Below, in pieces: positions 37,162-47,782 of a stretch of 64,000 nt of DNA. How positions within the stretch are numbered: the stretch's first letter is position 1; every line of letters starts with the position of its first letter. Location: NCBI GenBank assembly GCA_965219455.1, contig OZ244744.1:3328001-3392000 (forward strand). The letters run 5' to 3'. A program made the position numbers and the translations under genes. Under the pieces are notes generated by a model. It saw only the letters and a list, made by a program, of their open reading frames with translations, had not been told where the DNA came from and did not search any database. The stretch comes from Candidatus Latescibacterota bacterium (GTDB lineage Bacteria > Latescibacterota > UBA2968 > GCA-2709665).

Positions 37162-38989
37162 CTGCCTGTCGACACCCCGGAATAATGGGCAAAACAATGT
37201 GCGAAGGATGATCCGGATCGTGATATAACGCGTTTTCCGCCAGGACAACCCGACGGTCCCGCCCCAATGCGCCACCCGTATTCGGATTGATATCGAACCT
37301 GGGAAAATTGCTGCTGGAGACATCCAGCCGGATCCGATGCCCCACCCCGAATACGGTTGAGGTCGGATACATTACGATTTCCAGTTCATAAATCTCACCT
37401 GGCACCATCGACTCCGGTTTATCCCGCGAGTTCCGATAGCGCCCCCGGATGATGCTGTCCGTTATATTCTGAGCGAAACCGTCGGGATAGTCCGCCTCCG
37501 GTGGATGTACGTCGATCAGTTTGACGGTGAAATCCGTATCCGGTGCGGACGAAGACGCCCACAATATCATCGTTAACGGTCCCGTCACCTCTACGGCCTC
37601 GTCCAGTTCGGGGGTCTGGAAGACGAGAACGTCGCTGCGCGCCGACAGCGGCAGGTTGTCCCTGCATCCGTAAAAGCGCGTATCCCCTCGCTGATCGTAC
37701 ACGCCGGCAACGAGAACCGGATCCCCTGCGGACAGATTGCCGCCGATTGTGGGTACCGGATCCCTGGGATCGAACGTGTACCGACTCGGCCCGGAAGGTT
37801 CCGGCAGCTCCTGGCCGATTGTGCCGTCCGAACACAGGTAGTACGGCGTAAACCGCGTTTCGGGCAGCGGCCAATCCTCTACGTTCCGCCAGGCGCCCAT
37901 AAAGGAGAGGCGCCCTTCCCGGTTCCCGCGGCCGTCGCCGCCGCCCATCACGAATATGCGTACCGGCTTTTCCCGGTCGACCCCGTTGTCAATTCCCTTC
38001 AGCCACCTGTCGAACCAGCGCAGACGATATCCATCGTAATCGTCCAGCACGGATTCCGACCCGAAATCCACGTCTCCCGCGAACGAGTTGCCCCAACCGC
38101 CATGCGTCCACGGTCCCATCAGCAGGTGCTGTGGCGACTTCATCCTCTTCGACAGCGCCACGTAGTTGGCAGTGGTTCCCCGGGTGTATGAATCATACCA
38201 CCCGCCCAGATAAATCGTGGGTACGTCCGCGTGCTCGTCGTAGTAGTGGTCGATTGCGTATCCCCGCTGCTTCCAATAATCGTTGAAATCCCCTTCGCCC
38301 AGAAGATCCAGCACCCACTGCTCATAGGTGGGCAGAAGACGCAGGGCCGACGATCCCTTTCGGTAGGGCGTCCGCGTCATCCATTCTCCTATCCGTGCAA
38401 AATCCGCGTCCAATGCGGCCTTCAGCGTTGCATCGGCCAGCGCCTCTTTGCTCGTCGTTGCCATCCTGAACGCATAGATCATGAACCGCAACTCCAGCGC
38501 GCCGTTCTGCCGCATCGAACTGGTGTGATAGTTCGACGTGCCCACCGCGACAACCATTGCGTTCAGATGCTGCGGATTCAGGGTGGCCAGAGCACTCTGA
38601 TCGCTTCCGCAGTAAGACCCGCCCATCGTGCCTACGTGACCGTCGCACCAGGGCTGCGCGGCAACCCATTCAACGGTATCGTAGCCGTCGGGCGCCTCCT
38701 TTGCAAACGGATGCCACACGCCCTCGGATTCGAATCGCCCACGGACATCCTGCCGTACGGCCACGTACCCTCTCCGCGCGAAATAGCGGCCCTCGCTGAA
38801 TTTCGATTCCTTATCGTACGGAGTACGCTCGATAACCGCTGGAAATTCGCCCGGCACAATGCCGCCCTGCTTCGCCGGAAAATACAGATCCGTCGCCAAG
38901 CTTACACCGTCTCGCATGGGCACCATCACGTTTTTTCGGACGATCACATCGTACTCGATCCACGAGCCGCGCGCCTCGGATTCCGCCAT
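37154..38989 (-). CDS. CocE/NonD (S15) family serine hydrolase
   Basis: VPMRDG, RTPY, DVRGRF.SEG, GGSY, GWYD, GPWTH and SSSNFPRFD. Confidence 0.92.
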   Translation of the reverse strand: MAESEARGSWIEYDVIVRKNVMVPMRDGVSLATDLYFPAKQGGIVPGEFPAVIERTPYDKESKFSEGRYFARRGYVAVRQDVRGRFESEGVWHPFAKEAPDGYDTVEWVAAQPWCDGHVGTMGGSYCGSDQSALATLNPQHLNAMVVAVGTSNYHTSSMRQNGALELRFMIYAFRMATTSKEALADATLKAALDADFARIGEWMTRTPYRKGSSALRLLPTYEQWVLDLLGEGDFNDYWKQRGYAIDHYYDEHADVPTIYLGGWYDSYTRGTTANYVALSKRMKSPQHLLMGPWTHGGWGNSFAGDVDFGSESVLDDYDGYRLRWFDRWLKGIDNGVDREKPVRIFVMGGGDGRGNREGRLSFMGAWRNVEDWPLPETRFTPYYLCSDGTIGQELPEPSGPSRYTFDPRDPVPTIGGNLSAGDPVLVAGVYDQRGDTRFYGCRDNLPLSARSDVLVFQTPELDEAVEVTGPLTMILWASSSAPDTDFTVKLIDVHPPEADYPDGFAQNITDSIIRGRYRNSRDKPESMVPGEIYELEIVMYPTSTVFGVGHRIRLDVSSSNFPRFDINPNTGGALGRDRRVVLAENALYHDPDHPSHIVLPIIPGCRQADG

Positions 38990-39017
38990 CGCAATCCCCT
39001 TTTTTATCTTTTATTGC

Positions 39018-40118
39018 TCATTTCCGCTCTACGAACGCTCCCGCTTCACGCAGAGCCTCTACACCCGAGCCGCGCGCTTCGAGCGGGAATTGGACGGGAC
39101 GATTGCCCCCAAGCTGGGACTGGTAGATTGCCATCACCATTTCCAGGGACCGCAGGCCCACCCGCCCATCGCTCCGCAATTCACCATGATCCTCCAGCGC
39201 ACTTACCAACTCGTTCAGCGCGAGGACATACGTTGACGCGGGCGGCGGATGTTCGACCTGCGCCAGCTTCAAGGAGCTCCACTGAAATCCGCTATCCGGT
39301 TCGTAATCGTCCTCAACCGCCCGGTAGAGATGGACCCGTTCTCCCAGAAAACGGATCACGCCCTCCGTTCCTCGCAGTTCAAACGCATTGTCCGTATAGG
39401 CTGTCAGTTCCGCGCCGTGTACCAATCCTGTAGCCCCGTTCTCGAACTTCATCATTGCCGCGCCGAAGTCTTCAACCGCCCACGGCCGCATCCGCTGCTC
39501 CGCCATGCCGCACAACCATGCCACCTCGCCGGCGTACATATCCATCAGGTCGAAGTAATGGGTAAAGTCGTGCAGAAGCGGCCCCTCGTTCTCGCTTCGC
39601 CACCACGGGGCCGGTTTGCCGCCATCCATATAACAATAGACGTGATTCAGGTCTCCGATCGCGCCGTCCCGCAACAGCTGCAGTCCCAGGTTCCATTCCG
39701 GAGACCACCGCCGGTTGTGGTTGATCTGCAGCGGGATGCCCGCGTTGTCGCAGGCGTCGATCATGCGGTCGCATTCCTCCAGGGACAGAGCCATCGGCTT
39801 TTCGCAGATGATCGCCTTTGTCGCGGGCGCAGCGGCGCATGTTTCCACCATTTCGCAATGCAATTCAGGATGGGTGGCCACGATGCAGATGTCCGGCCTG
39901 ATCTCGTCCAGCATCCGCCGGTAGTCGTGATAGAGCGCGTCGATCCCGTATCGCTGTCCGAAGATCTCCAGCTTTTCGCGCCCCCGGTTCACACCCGCCA
40001 CGAGTTCGCAGTGTGCATGTTGCCGCAATGTATCGGCGTGGTTGTCCGGCAGATCGCCGAAACTGAACTGGTATCCCACGCGACCCGTGCCAATGATCGC
40101 CACGCGATATTTCGCCAT
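39018..40118 (-). CDS. Gfo/Idh/MocA family oxidoreductase
   Basis: IIGTGRVG, CEKPMA and HDFTHYFD. Confidence 0.92.
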   Translation of the reverse strand: MAKYRVAIIGTGRVGYQFSFGDLPDNHADTLRQHAHCELVAGVNRGREKLEIFGQRYGIDALYHDYRRMLDEIRPDICIVATHPELHCEMVETCAAAPATKAIICEKPMALSLEECDRMIDACDNAGIPLQINHNRRWSPEWNLGLQLLRDGAIGDLNHVYCYMDGGKPAPWWRSENEGPLLHDFTHYFDLMDMYAGEVAWLCGMAEQRMRPWAVEDFGAAMMKFENGATGLVHGAELTAYTDNAFELRGTEGVIRFLGERVHLYRAVEDDYEPDSGFQWSSLKLAQVEHPPPASTYVLALNELVSALEDHGELRSDGRVGLRSLEMVMAIYQSQLGGNRPVQFPLEARGSGVEALREAGAFVERK

Positions 40119-40410
40119 CAGGACCTCCTTGAACCTCTTGAATTCAAAAGCCCAAACTTACATGGATAGACAGGATGGACAGGATAAAAACCCAAAGCAG
40201 GATAAATGCTCATCTTTCCGGGCTATGGCGATGGATCCGTACGCCCGCAGACCACGCGACATCACCCGTACCACCGCATTTCCGCAGTGTCTAATCGTAC
40301 TGAATACGCAATCCGATACTCTATACGGGCTTACTTGCATTGAGCTTAGCCTTGACCAGTTTGCTCTACCTGATCAAGCGTTCTGATCAATTAATCCCTC
40401 TCCGTCGCCT

Positions 40411-40436
40411 TGTAGGGGCGTCCCTTGTGGGCGCCC
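40411..40436. repeat. GTAG-type REP palindrome
   Basis: tgtag-gggcgtcc-cttgt-gggcgccc. Confidence 0.55.
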
Positions 40437-40509
40437 AGCCTCTGGCGGCGGTAGGGGTTCTCCGCAGCATTTTTCGGCTCATCGGAAACGGATTATTGAC
40501 GAATTTAGG

Positions 40510-41175
40510 TTAGTTTTCAGCGTTCTTGCCAAACAGCCAGCCGATTCCTACGCCGAATTCGAGTCCGCTGTAATCGCGTCGGTCGCCAACCGCCTCCGCA
40601 AAATCCGCCATCAGGATATAACCGAGGTCTGCAATCGCCACAAATGATCGACCCATCCTCAGGTCAAACCCCACTCCTGCTTGGCTTCCAAACGTCGTCA
40701 TGGCGGCGGACTTCTGGACCACCTGTAAACCGACTTCGCTTCTGGATTGAATCCCGGTGATGAGCCCTATGCCTGCAGTCAGAAAGGGCCTGAACGTGGT
40801 GTCGAGCGACAGCTTGCGCGGATAGTATCTCATACCGACGATCATGGGACAGATGACCGCCGCCTGCTGGGAGACGCCCAAAGGCCCGACACGTGAGCTC
40901 GCCTCGACGGCCAGAACCCCGAGCGTGGCGTAGCCGGCGACGTCCTCCCGCATCCTGTATGAATAGCCTATCGAGAAAAACAGGTCGTCCGCTCCAGCGG
41001 TCGTTTCTATGCCTATCGGGCCAATTTGTGTTGCCGCGCCGGTCGTTCCACCGTGATTCCGCAGTCCCATCCTGAGTTCAATGCGGGATCGCCTTTCCAC
41101 CTGGCCGGCACATATCATCTCCGGCGTTGCCAGCAGCAGGAAACACAAAAGTAGCGTCGTTCTCATTGTCGTCAT
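40510..41175 (-). CDS. Outer-membrane beta-barrel (OmpW/OmpA-like) protein
   Basis: Signal peptide, alternating beta strands, RPFLTAGIG and terminal GVGIGWLF. Confidence 0.75.
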   Translation of the reverse strand: MTTMRTTLLLCFLLLATPEMICAGQVERRSRIELRMGLRNHGGTTGAATQIGPIGIETTAGADDLFFSIGYSYRMREDVAGYATLGVLAVEASSRVGPLGVSQQAAVICPMIVGMRYYPRKLSLDTTFRPFLTAGIGLITGIQSRSEVGLQVVQKSAAMTTFGSQAGVGFDLRMGRSFVAIADLGYILMADFAEAVGDRRDYSGLEFGVGIGWLFGKNAEN

Positions 41176-41187
41176 TTGCGCCTCGTT

Positions 41188-42540
41188 TTAAGGTCTTCCC
41201 GATCCGACCTGTTCCAGCGCGTCGACCAGGCTCTTCCGCACCAGATCGCACAGCACGTCGATGTCCTGCCGCTGTACGATCAACGCCGGGCTCACGGCAA
41301 ACCAGGTCGGGTCGATCCGAATCAGCAGACCGTTCGCAAGGGAGGTCCGTTTCAGCGCCTGCCCCAGTTCCGGAAACGGCGCCATTGACGTTGTATCCCT
41401 CACGAGTTCAACGCCCTGCAACAGCCCTCTGCCCCGCACTTCGCGTACCACGCCCAGGTCCTTCAACCCTTCCAGCTTCGATGCCAGATACTGACCGAGT
41501 TCCCCGGCCTTCCGATCCAGCTCCTGCTCCACGATTTCGTCGATTACGGCCATACCCACGGCGCAGGCAACGGGATTGGCCGCGAACGTATGCCCGTGCG
41601 CAAAGTTGACATCCGCTTCTACAGGTCCGAGAAAGACGTCTCCCATTTCCTCCCGCGCCATCATGGCCCCCACCGGGTATGCCCCGCTCGAGATCCCCTT
41701 GCCCGCGCAGATAATGTCCGGAGTGACCCCGAACGTCTGAGCGGCGAACATCGAGCCGGTTTTGCCGAAGCCGGTAATGATCTCATCGTAGATCAACACC
41801 ACATTGTAACGGTCGCAGACGTCGCGGATAATCTGAAAATACGCCTCGGTGGGCGTAATAATCCCTCCGGTATTTCCGATCGGTTCCAGAATGACACCCG
41901 CCACCGTATCCGGATCTTCATTGACGATCACGTCCTCGAACATTTGCGCGCAGAAGCGGTTGCATTCCTCCCAGGAATCAAAACGGTCTCTGTAATACGT
42001 AGGCGGAAAGACCTTCAGGAAGCCGCCCATCTGAGGCTCGAACGGTGTCTTGCGCTTCCCCGTCCCGCTGGCCGCCATCGCGCCAAAAGTAGCGCCATGA
42101 TACCCGAAGTAACGACTGATGAATTTGTACTTGCCCGGGTTGCCGCTCTGTTTGAAGTACTGCCGGGTGAACTTCAGTGAGGATTCGACGGCTTCGGAAC
42201 CGCCGCTGTAGGATTTGATGAAATTCAGATTCCCCGGTGTGACGCCACCCAGCTTTTCCACGAAATCCAGCGCCACGTCCGAAAGCCCGTGCATCGGCGG
42301 CGAAAAAGAGAGCGTCTCCGCCTGCTTTCGCATGGCCTCCAGCACGCGGGGGTGGCCGTGACCCAGGGAAGCCACAAAGATGCCGCCGATGCCGTCGAAA
42401 TAGCGCTTGCCCTCAATATCCCAGTAGTAGAGGCCATGCGCCCTTTTCACGAGAAACGGATGTTCCATAAAAGCGGACGTCTGCTGATAATCCAGAAACG
42501 TCCGTTCCAGCAATCGGCGCTGACGCCGATCCAGTTTCAT
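41188..42540 (-). CDS. Class III PLP aminotransferase (omega-amino acid/BioA-like)
   Basis: GGSEAVE, YHGAT, DEIITGFGKTG, AGKGI and HGHTF. Confidence 0.9.
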   Translation of the reverse strand: MKLDRRQRRLLERTFLDYQQTSAFMEHPFLVKRAHGLYYWDIEGKRYFDGIGGIFVASLGHGHPRVLEAMRKQAETLSFSPPMHGLSDVALDFVEKLGGVTPGNLNFIKSYSGGSEAVESSLKFTRQYFKQSGNPGKYKFISRYFGYHGATFGAMAASGTGKRKTPFEPQMGGFLKVFPPTYYRDRFDSWEECNRFCAQMFEDVIVNEDPDTVAGVILEPIGNTGGIITPTEAYFQIIRDVCDRYNVVLIYDEIITGFGKTGSMFAAQTFGVTPDIICAGKGISSGAYPVGAMMAREEMGDVFLGPVEADVNFAHGHTFAANPVACAVGMAVIDEIVEQELDRKAGELGQYLASKLEGLKDLGVVREVRGRGLLQGVELVRDTTSMAPFPELGQALKRTSLANGLLIRIDPTWFAVSPALIVQRQDIDVLCDLVRKSLVDALEQVGSGRP

Positions 42541-42586
42541 CGGGCTATTCCTCCATACGCCTTACCTCAACGCCATCGACTGGACA

Positions 42587-43354
42587 CTATGCCAGCCCCT
42601 TCGGCGCCAGCACGAGCCGCTCCGCATTCCTGTAAGCGATCTGTTCCCGTTCTGCTTCCGTTATATCCGCCGCCGCAAGCAACGCAGGGAACGCCATCGG
42701 TTCGTAGAGCGGCGAATCCGTGCCGAACAACACCCTGTCCGCTCCCACCTCACGTACGACCAATCCGATGATGCCTGTGCGAATCGCCCGCGCCGTTCCC
42801 ATGTCCGTGTAGAGATTGCCCGTCTTGCAGTCCTGCAGCGCATCGATTGCCTCGTATGTCTGTCCGGGTTGTCCCGCGCCGAAATGCGCCGTGATCAACG
42901 TCAGAGACGGAAAGGCTTCGGCCAGCCGCCGCAACCGGGCCGGGGCTGCGTACGATTCGTTCTCTCCGTGGGACAGCACCGGCAAACCGATGGGTTCCAG
43001 CTTTTCCAATAACCGGAAAGAGGGTTTGATGTCCGCCGGATACTTGTGCTGCACCGGATGGATTTTGAATCCCGCGACCTTGGGATGGTCCTTGAACCGG
43101 TCCAGCAACTCCAGCGACTCGCTCATCTTCAACGGATTCAATACCAGCCATACAAGCAGATGTTCCAGCTTCTCCGCCTGTTGTATGGTCCACTCGTTGC
43201 CGTACGTCAACTCCGTAAACAGCGCCGACCCGGACGTCACCACGGTCCGCTCGATTCCCGCCCGCTCCTGCAACGCCACAAAGCCCTCGGCCGTGAACGT
43301 CGTGATCTCATCAAACCACGGCCCCAGGTGGGCGTGCGTGTCGATGTATCGCAT
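42587..43354 (-). CDS. Amidohydrolase_2 family metallohydrolase
   Basis: IDTHAH, KIHP, AHFG and LFGTDSP. Confidence 0.88.
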   Translation of the reverse strand: MRYIDTHAHLGPWFDEITTFTAEGFVALQERAGIERTVVTSGSALFTELTYGNEWTIQQAEKLEHLLVWLVLNPLKMSESLELLDRFKDHPKVAGFKIHPVQHKYPADIKPSFRLLEKLEPIGLPVLSHGENESYAAPARLRRLAEAFPSLTLITAHFGAGQPGQTYEAIDALQDCKTGNLYTDMGTARAIRTGIIGLVVREVGADRVLFGTDSPLYEPMAFPALLAAADITEAEREQIAYRNAERLVLAPKGLA

Positions 43355-43492
43355 TTCAATATCCTCCGGAATCAAAAGCACACATGCGTCCGTCCGAGGA
43401 CGAACGTGTGAACAGAAGAACCAAGAACGCTTGCGCGGTAGTGAGGGGTCAGCGACAAATGGAACTGGTTTCGAGAAAACCCGTGAAGAATT

Positions 43493-44818
43493 TTACATCG
43501 CCCTGCCCACCGCCGCGATCAACCCGTCCACGTGGCCTTCATCCATCGGCGCCGAGACGGCGTTCATCAACAGACCGTTGCCCAGGAAATATCCCTGTTC
43601 GATCAGACCGAGTAGCAGACGGTGCGCCGCCGCCTTATCCGTTCGGGCCAGATGGCGGTAATTCACCATCGTCTCACCAGAAAAATGAATGCTGAACAGC
43701 GATCCCACACCCACCGCAGTCGCATCCACGTTTCTGTCTGCAAACAACCTGTTCAACCCGTCCCGGAGGCGTTCTCCCAGGCGGTCCAGGTGCACAAACA
43801 CATCCGGCGTCAACTGCTCCAGCGTGGCCAGGCCCGCAGCCATTACCACGGGATGCCCGCTGAACGTGCCGCTCTGAAAAAAACCGGTCGGCCCCTGCGA
43901 CGAATCGAATCGATCCATCAGGTCCGCCCGGCCTCCGAAGGCGCCCACCGGAAAACCGCCGCCGATTACCTTTCCATACGTCGTCAGATCCGGCGTGATT
44001 CCGTAGCGTTCCTGCAGCCCCCCGGTACCGACCCGGAATCCGACGATCTCATCGAAAATCGACAGTACATTATTCCGACGCGCCATGTCACATACAAACT
44101 GCGCGAACTCCGCGCGCTGGGATAATATGCCCGCCCGGGGATCGAATATCACGCAGGCCAGTTCGCGACGATGCCGCGCGAGCAATCGCTCCGCGGCGTT
44201 CTCATCATTATACGGCAGCACCACCACCTCGCCCGCGGCGTTCGGTGAAGCGCCGCCCGCCGTGGATACCGAACGCGGGGCCGACGCGGGCCCGGCCTTA
44301 TCAAGGGGCGGGGCCACACTCACCTCCACCACGTCGTGGCTCCCATGATATCCGCCCTCGAACTTGGCGATCTTCGTCCTTCCGCTGACCCCACGCGCCA
44401 GGCGAATGGCGTGCAGGGTCGCTTCGGTGCCGGAATTGCAGAACCGTATCTTCTCAACGGACTTTACGCGCCTGCACATCTCCTCGGCCAGTCCCGTCTC
44501 CACGCCCGCGGGCGCGCTCAACGCGATCCCCCTCGAGACCTGCGCCTGCACCGCCGCCACCACTGCGGGATGATTGTGGCCCAGAATCTGCGCCGTATGG
44601 TGGTTGTTGAAGTCCACCAGTTTGCGGCCATCCAGGTCGTACAGGTAACACCCTTCACCCCGTTCGATGGTCAGCGGATAGGGCTTGTAGAAGTACGCCC
44701 CTTTCACGCCTCCCGGCATCACCGCCCTGGCCTGTTCGAAAGCCGCTTCGGAACGTGGGCTGCCCACCCGATATCGTTCCTCCACCGAGGGTCCGCGTCC
44801 AACCGATGTCTCATCCAT
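43493..44818 (-). CDS. Class III aminotransferase, GSA-aminomutase-like subfamily
   Basis: MPGG, NSGTEA, FEGGYHG, FDEI, YGKVIGGG.PVGAFGG and SGTFSG. Confidence 0.88.
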   Translation of the reverse strand: MDETSVGRGPSVEERYRVGSPRSEAAFEQARAVMPGGVKGAYFYKPYPLTIERGEGCYLYDLDGRKLVDFNNHHTAQILGHNHPAVVAAVQAQVSRGIALSAPAGVETGLAEEMCRRVKSVEKIRFCNSGTEATLHAIRLARGVSGRTKIAKFEGGYHGSHDVVEVSVAPPLDKAGPASAPRSVSTAGGASPNAAGEVVVLPYNDENAAERLLARHRRELACVIFDPRAGILSQRAEFAQFVCDMARRNNVLSIFDEIVGFRVGTGGLQERYGITPDLTTYGKVIGGGFPVGAFGGRADLMDRFDSSQGPTGFFQSGTFSGHPVVMAAGLATLEQLTPDVFVHLDRLGERLRDGLNRLFADRNVDATAVGVGSLFSIHFSGETMVNYRHLARTDKAAAHRLLLGLIEQGYFLGNGLLMNAVSAPMDEGHVDGLIAAVGRAM

Positions 44819-44827
44819 GGTGATTTC

Positions 44828-45829
44828 TCAATCCAACCGGAAACGCTCGAAAACAATGTGCTCGTACGCCGAGGCCGATCCCGCTTCGTATAAACAACCG
44901 AACGTGTCCTCCGGAAGCACCACAAGGCAGGAATACGCCGCCGGGCCCTCGTGCAGCAATTTCGCCGCGGGCCAGGTCATACCCCCGTCGTTGCTCAGTC
45001 GGACGGTCATGTTTACCCGCTCTCCTCCACCGGGATTTGCCGGCCCGGGAGCTGCGGGATTCGAAAACAGCAGGTCGTTCCTGCCTTTGCCTTCCACGAG
45101 GCTGGCCTGGCATTTGGGACAGGGCAGGTTCCGGTCGTGCCGGAACGCCTGCCAGGACTCCCCGCCGTCCCGGCTCAGCGCAGTTCCGCGATACCCTTCG
45201 CTGTGCGTCTGCATCCGGGTGTTCATGACGACGCTTCCGTCCGCAAGTTCACCGAACTGGCACTCGTTGGCTCCCGGCCGGACCGTGCCTCCCAACCGCC
45301 AGGAAATTCCTCCGTCGTCACTGTAAATCGAATGTGAACCGCAGTCGTACGCATGCGGGTTCCGATGGTCGCAGGGAATCAGCAGCCGCCCTCTTCCCGC
45401 TCCGTTCCGGAGTTGAATGCCCACCCCGGGACCCGTCGCATACCAGGCCCACTCGCGCTTCTTGACGCCCTCGGTAATGTCCGTCGGATCCGACCAGTGC
45501 CAGCCGTCGTCGGTACTGTGTGTGACCAGTACATCCATGTTGTCTCTGCAGAACAACATCCGGATTGTGCCCGTCTCCGCGTCCACCACCGGACAGGGAT
45601 TGCCGATCGTGATCTCACCCTCTTCGCTGTACACCACCTGCTGCGCCGACCAAGAACGTCCCCCGTCTTCCGAACGCTTCATCAGGAGGTCGATATCTCC
45701 GTGATCCCACTGATTGTTACGCCGGCCTTCGCAAAGGGCCAGCAGGGATCCGCCGGGTGCAACAAGAACCGCCGGAATCCGGTAGGTGTGGTACCCATCC
45801 TGGCCGCTGGTGAAAACATTCGTCTTCAC
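44828..45829 (-). CDS. GH33 sialidase-like (BNR/Asp-box) protein
   Basis: YRIP motif, five SxDxGxxW Asp boxes, ANEC, AYS and LYE. No signal peptide. Confidence 0.9.
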   Translation of the reverse strand: MKTNVFTSGQDGYHTYRIPAVLVAPGGSLLALCEGRRNNQWDHGDIDLLMKRSEDGGRSWSAQQVVYSEEGEITIGNPCPVVDAETGTIRMLFCRDNMDVLVTHSTDDGWHWSDPTDITEGVKKREWAWYATGPGVGIQLRNGAGRGRLLIPCDHRNPHAYDCGSHSIYSDDGGISWRLGGTVRPGANECQFGELADGSVVMNTRMQTHSEGYRGTALSRDGGESWQAFRHDRNLPCPKCQASLVEGKGRNDLLFSNPAAPGPANPGGGERVNMTVRLSNDGGMTWPAAKLLHEGPAAYSCLVVLPEDTFGCLYEAGSASAYEHIVFERFRLD

Positions 45830-45883
45830 GTATACACCCTTTCGTCCGGCCTTGCGGCAGATCTGGTGTTCCGGGCCGGAACA

Positions 45884-46696
45884 CTAATGCTGGTCACGCC
45901 GGTCCATGATTTCCGTGGCCCGCAGTTCCCGAACCAGTTCGATCAGTCCCCCTATGGCGGCCTCCAGGAATTGCTCCCCTTTCTCCCGGCTGGCCTTTGT
46001 CGCGTCCCCCATCACGCCGCTGGCCGTTTTCGTGCTCCAGTACGGCGTGAAATTCGCACTGGACCCCTCCGGGTGGCCGCCTGCGAGCAGATCGGACTGG
46101 AAACTGCTCGACAGGGGCGACCGTTCGTCGACCGCCTTGCTCATGTCCACCAGATCCGGCTTCAATGCCAGGTATAGCGATGTCTCAAACTCTCCTCCGT
46201 GGGAGGTCCCGCCGTAGTCGGATTCCCTCAGTTCGCGGCCCACCTCTTTCACCTTCCGGAGCCCCCAGTGGTTCACCGAACCGCACAGAATCCTGCCCTC
46301 GTATTCGATCACCGACAGCCGGGTCGCCAGGTCCAGCGGGGGCGCATTGCTTCCGTGGCCGTTTACCACCAGAATCCGCTTGAAGCCGTGGTGGGCGAGG
46401 CTGCAGCAGACATCCTTGACGTACTTGATGAACGTATCCCATGTGATCGTCAGGGTCCCGTGAAAATCCATGTGATGGGGGCTGTACCCGTGCGGAACCG
46501 GCGGGGCCAGAACGGCTTCCGACGGGATCCGCGCCACGGCCCGTTCGCAGATCTCGGTACAGAGTACGACGTCGGTATCCACCGGAAGGTGAGGGCCGTG
46601 ATCCTCGTATGTCGCCACTGGAAGGACCGCCACCCGGTCCTGTTCCGCGGCCTCCTTGATTTCATACCATATCATTTCGGCAAATCGATATTTCAT
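45884..46696 (-). CDS. Creatininase family protein
   Basis: EDHGPHLPVDTD, NGHGSN, HGGEFETS and GVMGD. Confidence 0.9.
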   Translation of the reverse strand: MKYRFAEMIWYEIKEAAEQDRVAVLPVATYEDHGPHLPVDTDVVLCTEICERAVARIPSEAVLAPPVPHGYSPHHMDFHGTLTITWDTFIKYVKDVCCSLAHHGFKRILVVNGHGSNAPPLDLATRLSVIEYEGRILCGSVNHWGLRKVKEVGRELRESDYGGTSHGGEFETSLYLALKPDLVDMSKAVDERSPLSSSFQSDLLAGGHPEGSSANFTPYWSTKTASGVMGDATKASREKGEQFLEAAIGGLIELVRELRATEIMDRRDQH

Positions 46697-46807
46697 TCTA
46701 TACTCCTTAAGCCATGAATCTCTTCGGGCTTACGCGAATTAGGGCCGATGCCTGCTCGCCAACGGCCCATCCGGATTCCACCGAAACTCCTGTACCCGCG
46801 CCGCCGT

Positions 46808-47269
46808 TCAGTGCACGGGGAAGAAGATGTCGGTACGCCATTTTGACTGGTCCGGCTCCGCGCCCGGATCCGTCATGTAGACCTCCCAGGGCGCTCCCGC
46901 CGCCTGCAGCCCCTGTTTCTCCATCCAATCCTTCAAAGCCGACCACGTCTGCCCCAACTGCTCGTAGGGGCCCATGTGCGTCACCGTCACCATTTTCCCT
47001 GCGGGAAGTTCGCCTGATCGAACGCGCTCAGTACCCTCTACGGCCGAAGCCACCGGCATCCCGCATTCCATATCGAGGCGGTCGCGATCCATCTCGTGGT
47101 AGATTGTGAAGGGCATCCCCGCCGGCGCAAGACCGTTCCGGTTGAGATAGTCCATTACCTCGCCGAAAAGGGCGCCGATGGCTTGGGCGATCTCCTCCAT
47201 ACTGGTTGTGGTGCGTATGCCCACGATAGGCTGCGACACGATTTCCCGGGTGGCGAAATTCAAACTCAT
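46808..47269 (-). CDS. GyrI-like small-molecule-binding protein
   Basis: LPAG....HMGPYEQL and WEVYMTDP...WRTDIFFP. Confidence 0.88.
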   Translation of the reverse strand: MSLNFATREIVSQPIVGIRTTTSMEEIAQAIGALFGEVMDYLNRNGLAPAGMPFTIYHEMDRDRLDMECGMPVASAVEGTERVRSGELPAGKMVTVTHMGPYEQLGQTWSALKDWMEKQGLQAAGAPWEVYMTDPGAEPDQSKWRTDIFFPVH

Positions 47270-47368
47270 TGATGGATCCTCCATTGACGGGGCATCTTCC
47301 GGTCGGAATTCAAACCGTCCGCATGCAGTGAGGCGGCCAGTTTTGCGCCAACCCTGGCGGCTGGCCGT

Positions 47369-47782
47369 TCAATCCTTTTCTTTCGTATCTTTCTCCTCAA
47401 AGTCCAGCGCCGCGGAGTTCATGCAGTACCGCAACCCCGTCGGTTGGGGTCCATCGTCGAACACGTGTCCGAGATGCGCGTCGCACCGGCTGCATTTTAC
47501 CTCCGTGCGCGCCATGCCGTAGGCCAAATCCGTTTCCGTTTCCACGTTCGCGGCATCCTTCGGGGCCCAGAAGCTGGGCCAGCCCGTGCAGGAATCGTAT
47601 TTGGCGTCGGAACGAAACAGCTCGTTTCCGCAGCACACACAAAGATAAATCCCTTTCCCCTTGAAGTCGTGGTATTCGCCCGTAAACGCCCGTTCAGTTC
47701 CGCCCCTTCTTGTCACCTGATACTGTTCGGGCGACAGCTTTTCCCGCCACTCCTCGTCGGTCTTTTCCATTTTCTCAGCCAC
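47369..47782 (-). CDS. msrB: Peptide-methionine (R)-S-oxide reductase
   Basis: [28 protein letters not shown] and two CxxC motifs. Confidence 0.96.
   Translation of the reverse strand: MAEKMEKTDEEWREKLSPEQYQVTRRGGTERAFTGEYHDFKGKGIYLCVCCGNELFRSDAKYDSCTGWPSFWAPKDAANVETETDLAYGMARTEVKCSRCDAHLGHVFDDGPQPTGLRYCMNSAALDFEEKDTKEKD

Noticed and set aside
40158-40386. Possible DDE transposase remnant (VMSRGLRAYG)
   Set aside because: Too short and degenerate to support without a search.
43493-44818. Calling this gene hemL
   Set aside because: It lacks the GGVNSPVR start motif and has no tetrapyrrole gene context; left as GSA-like.
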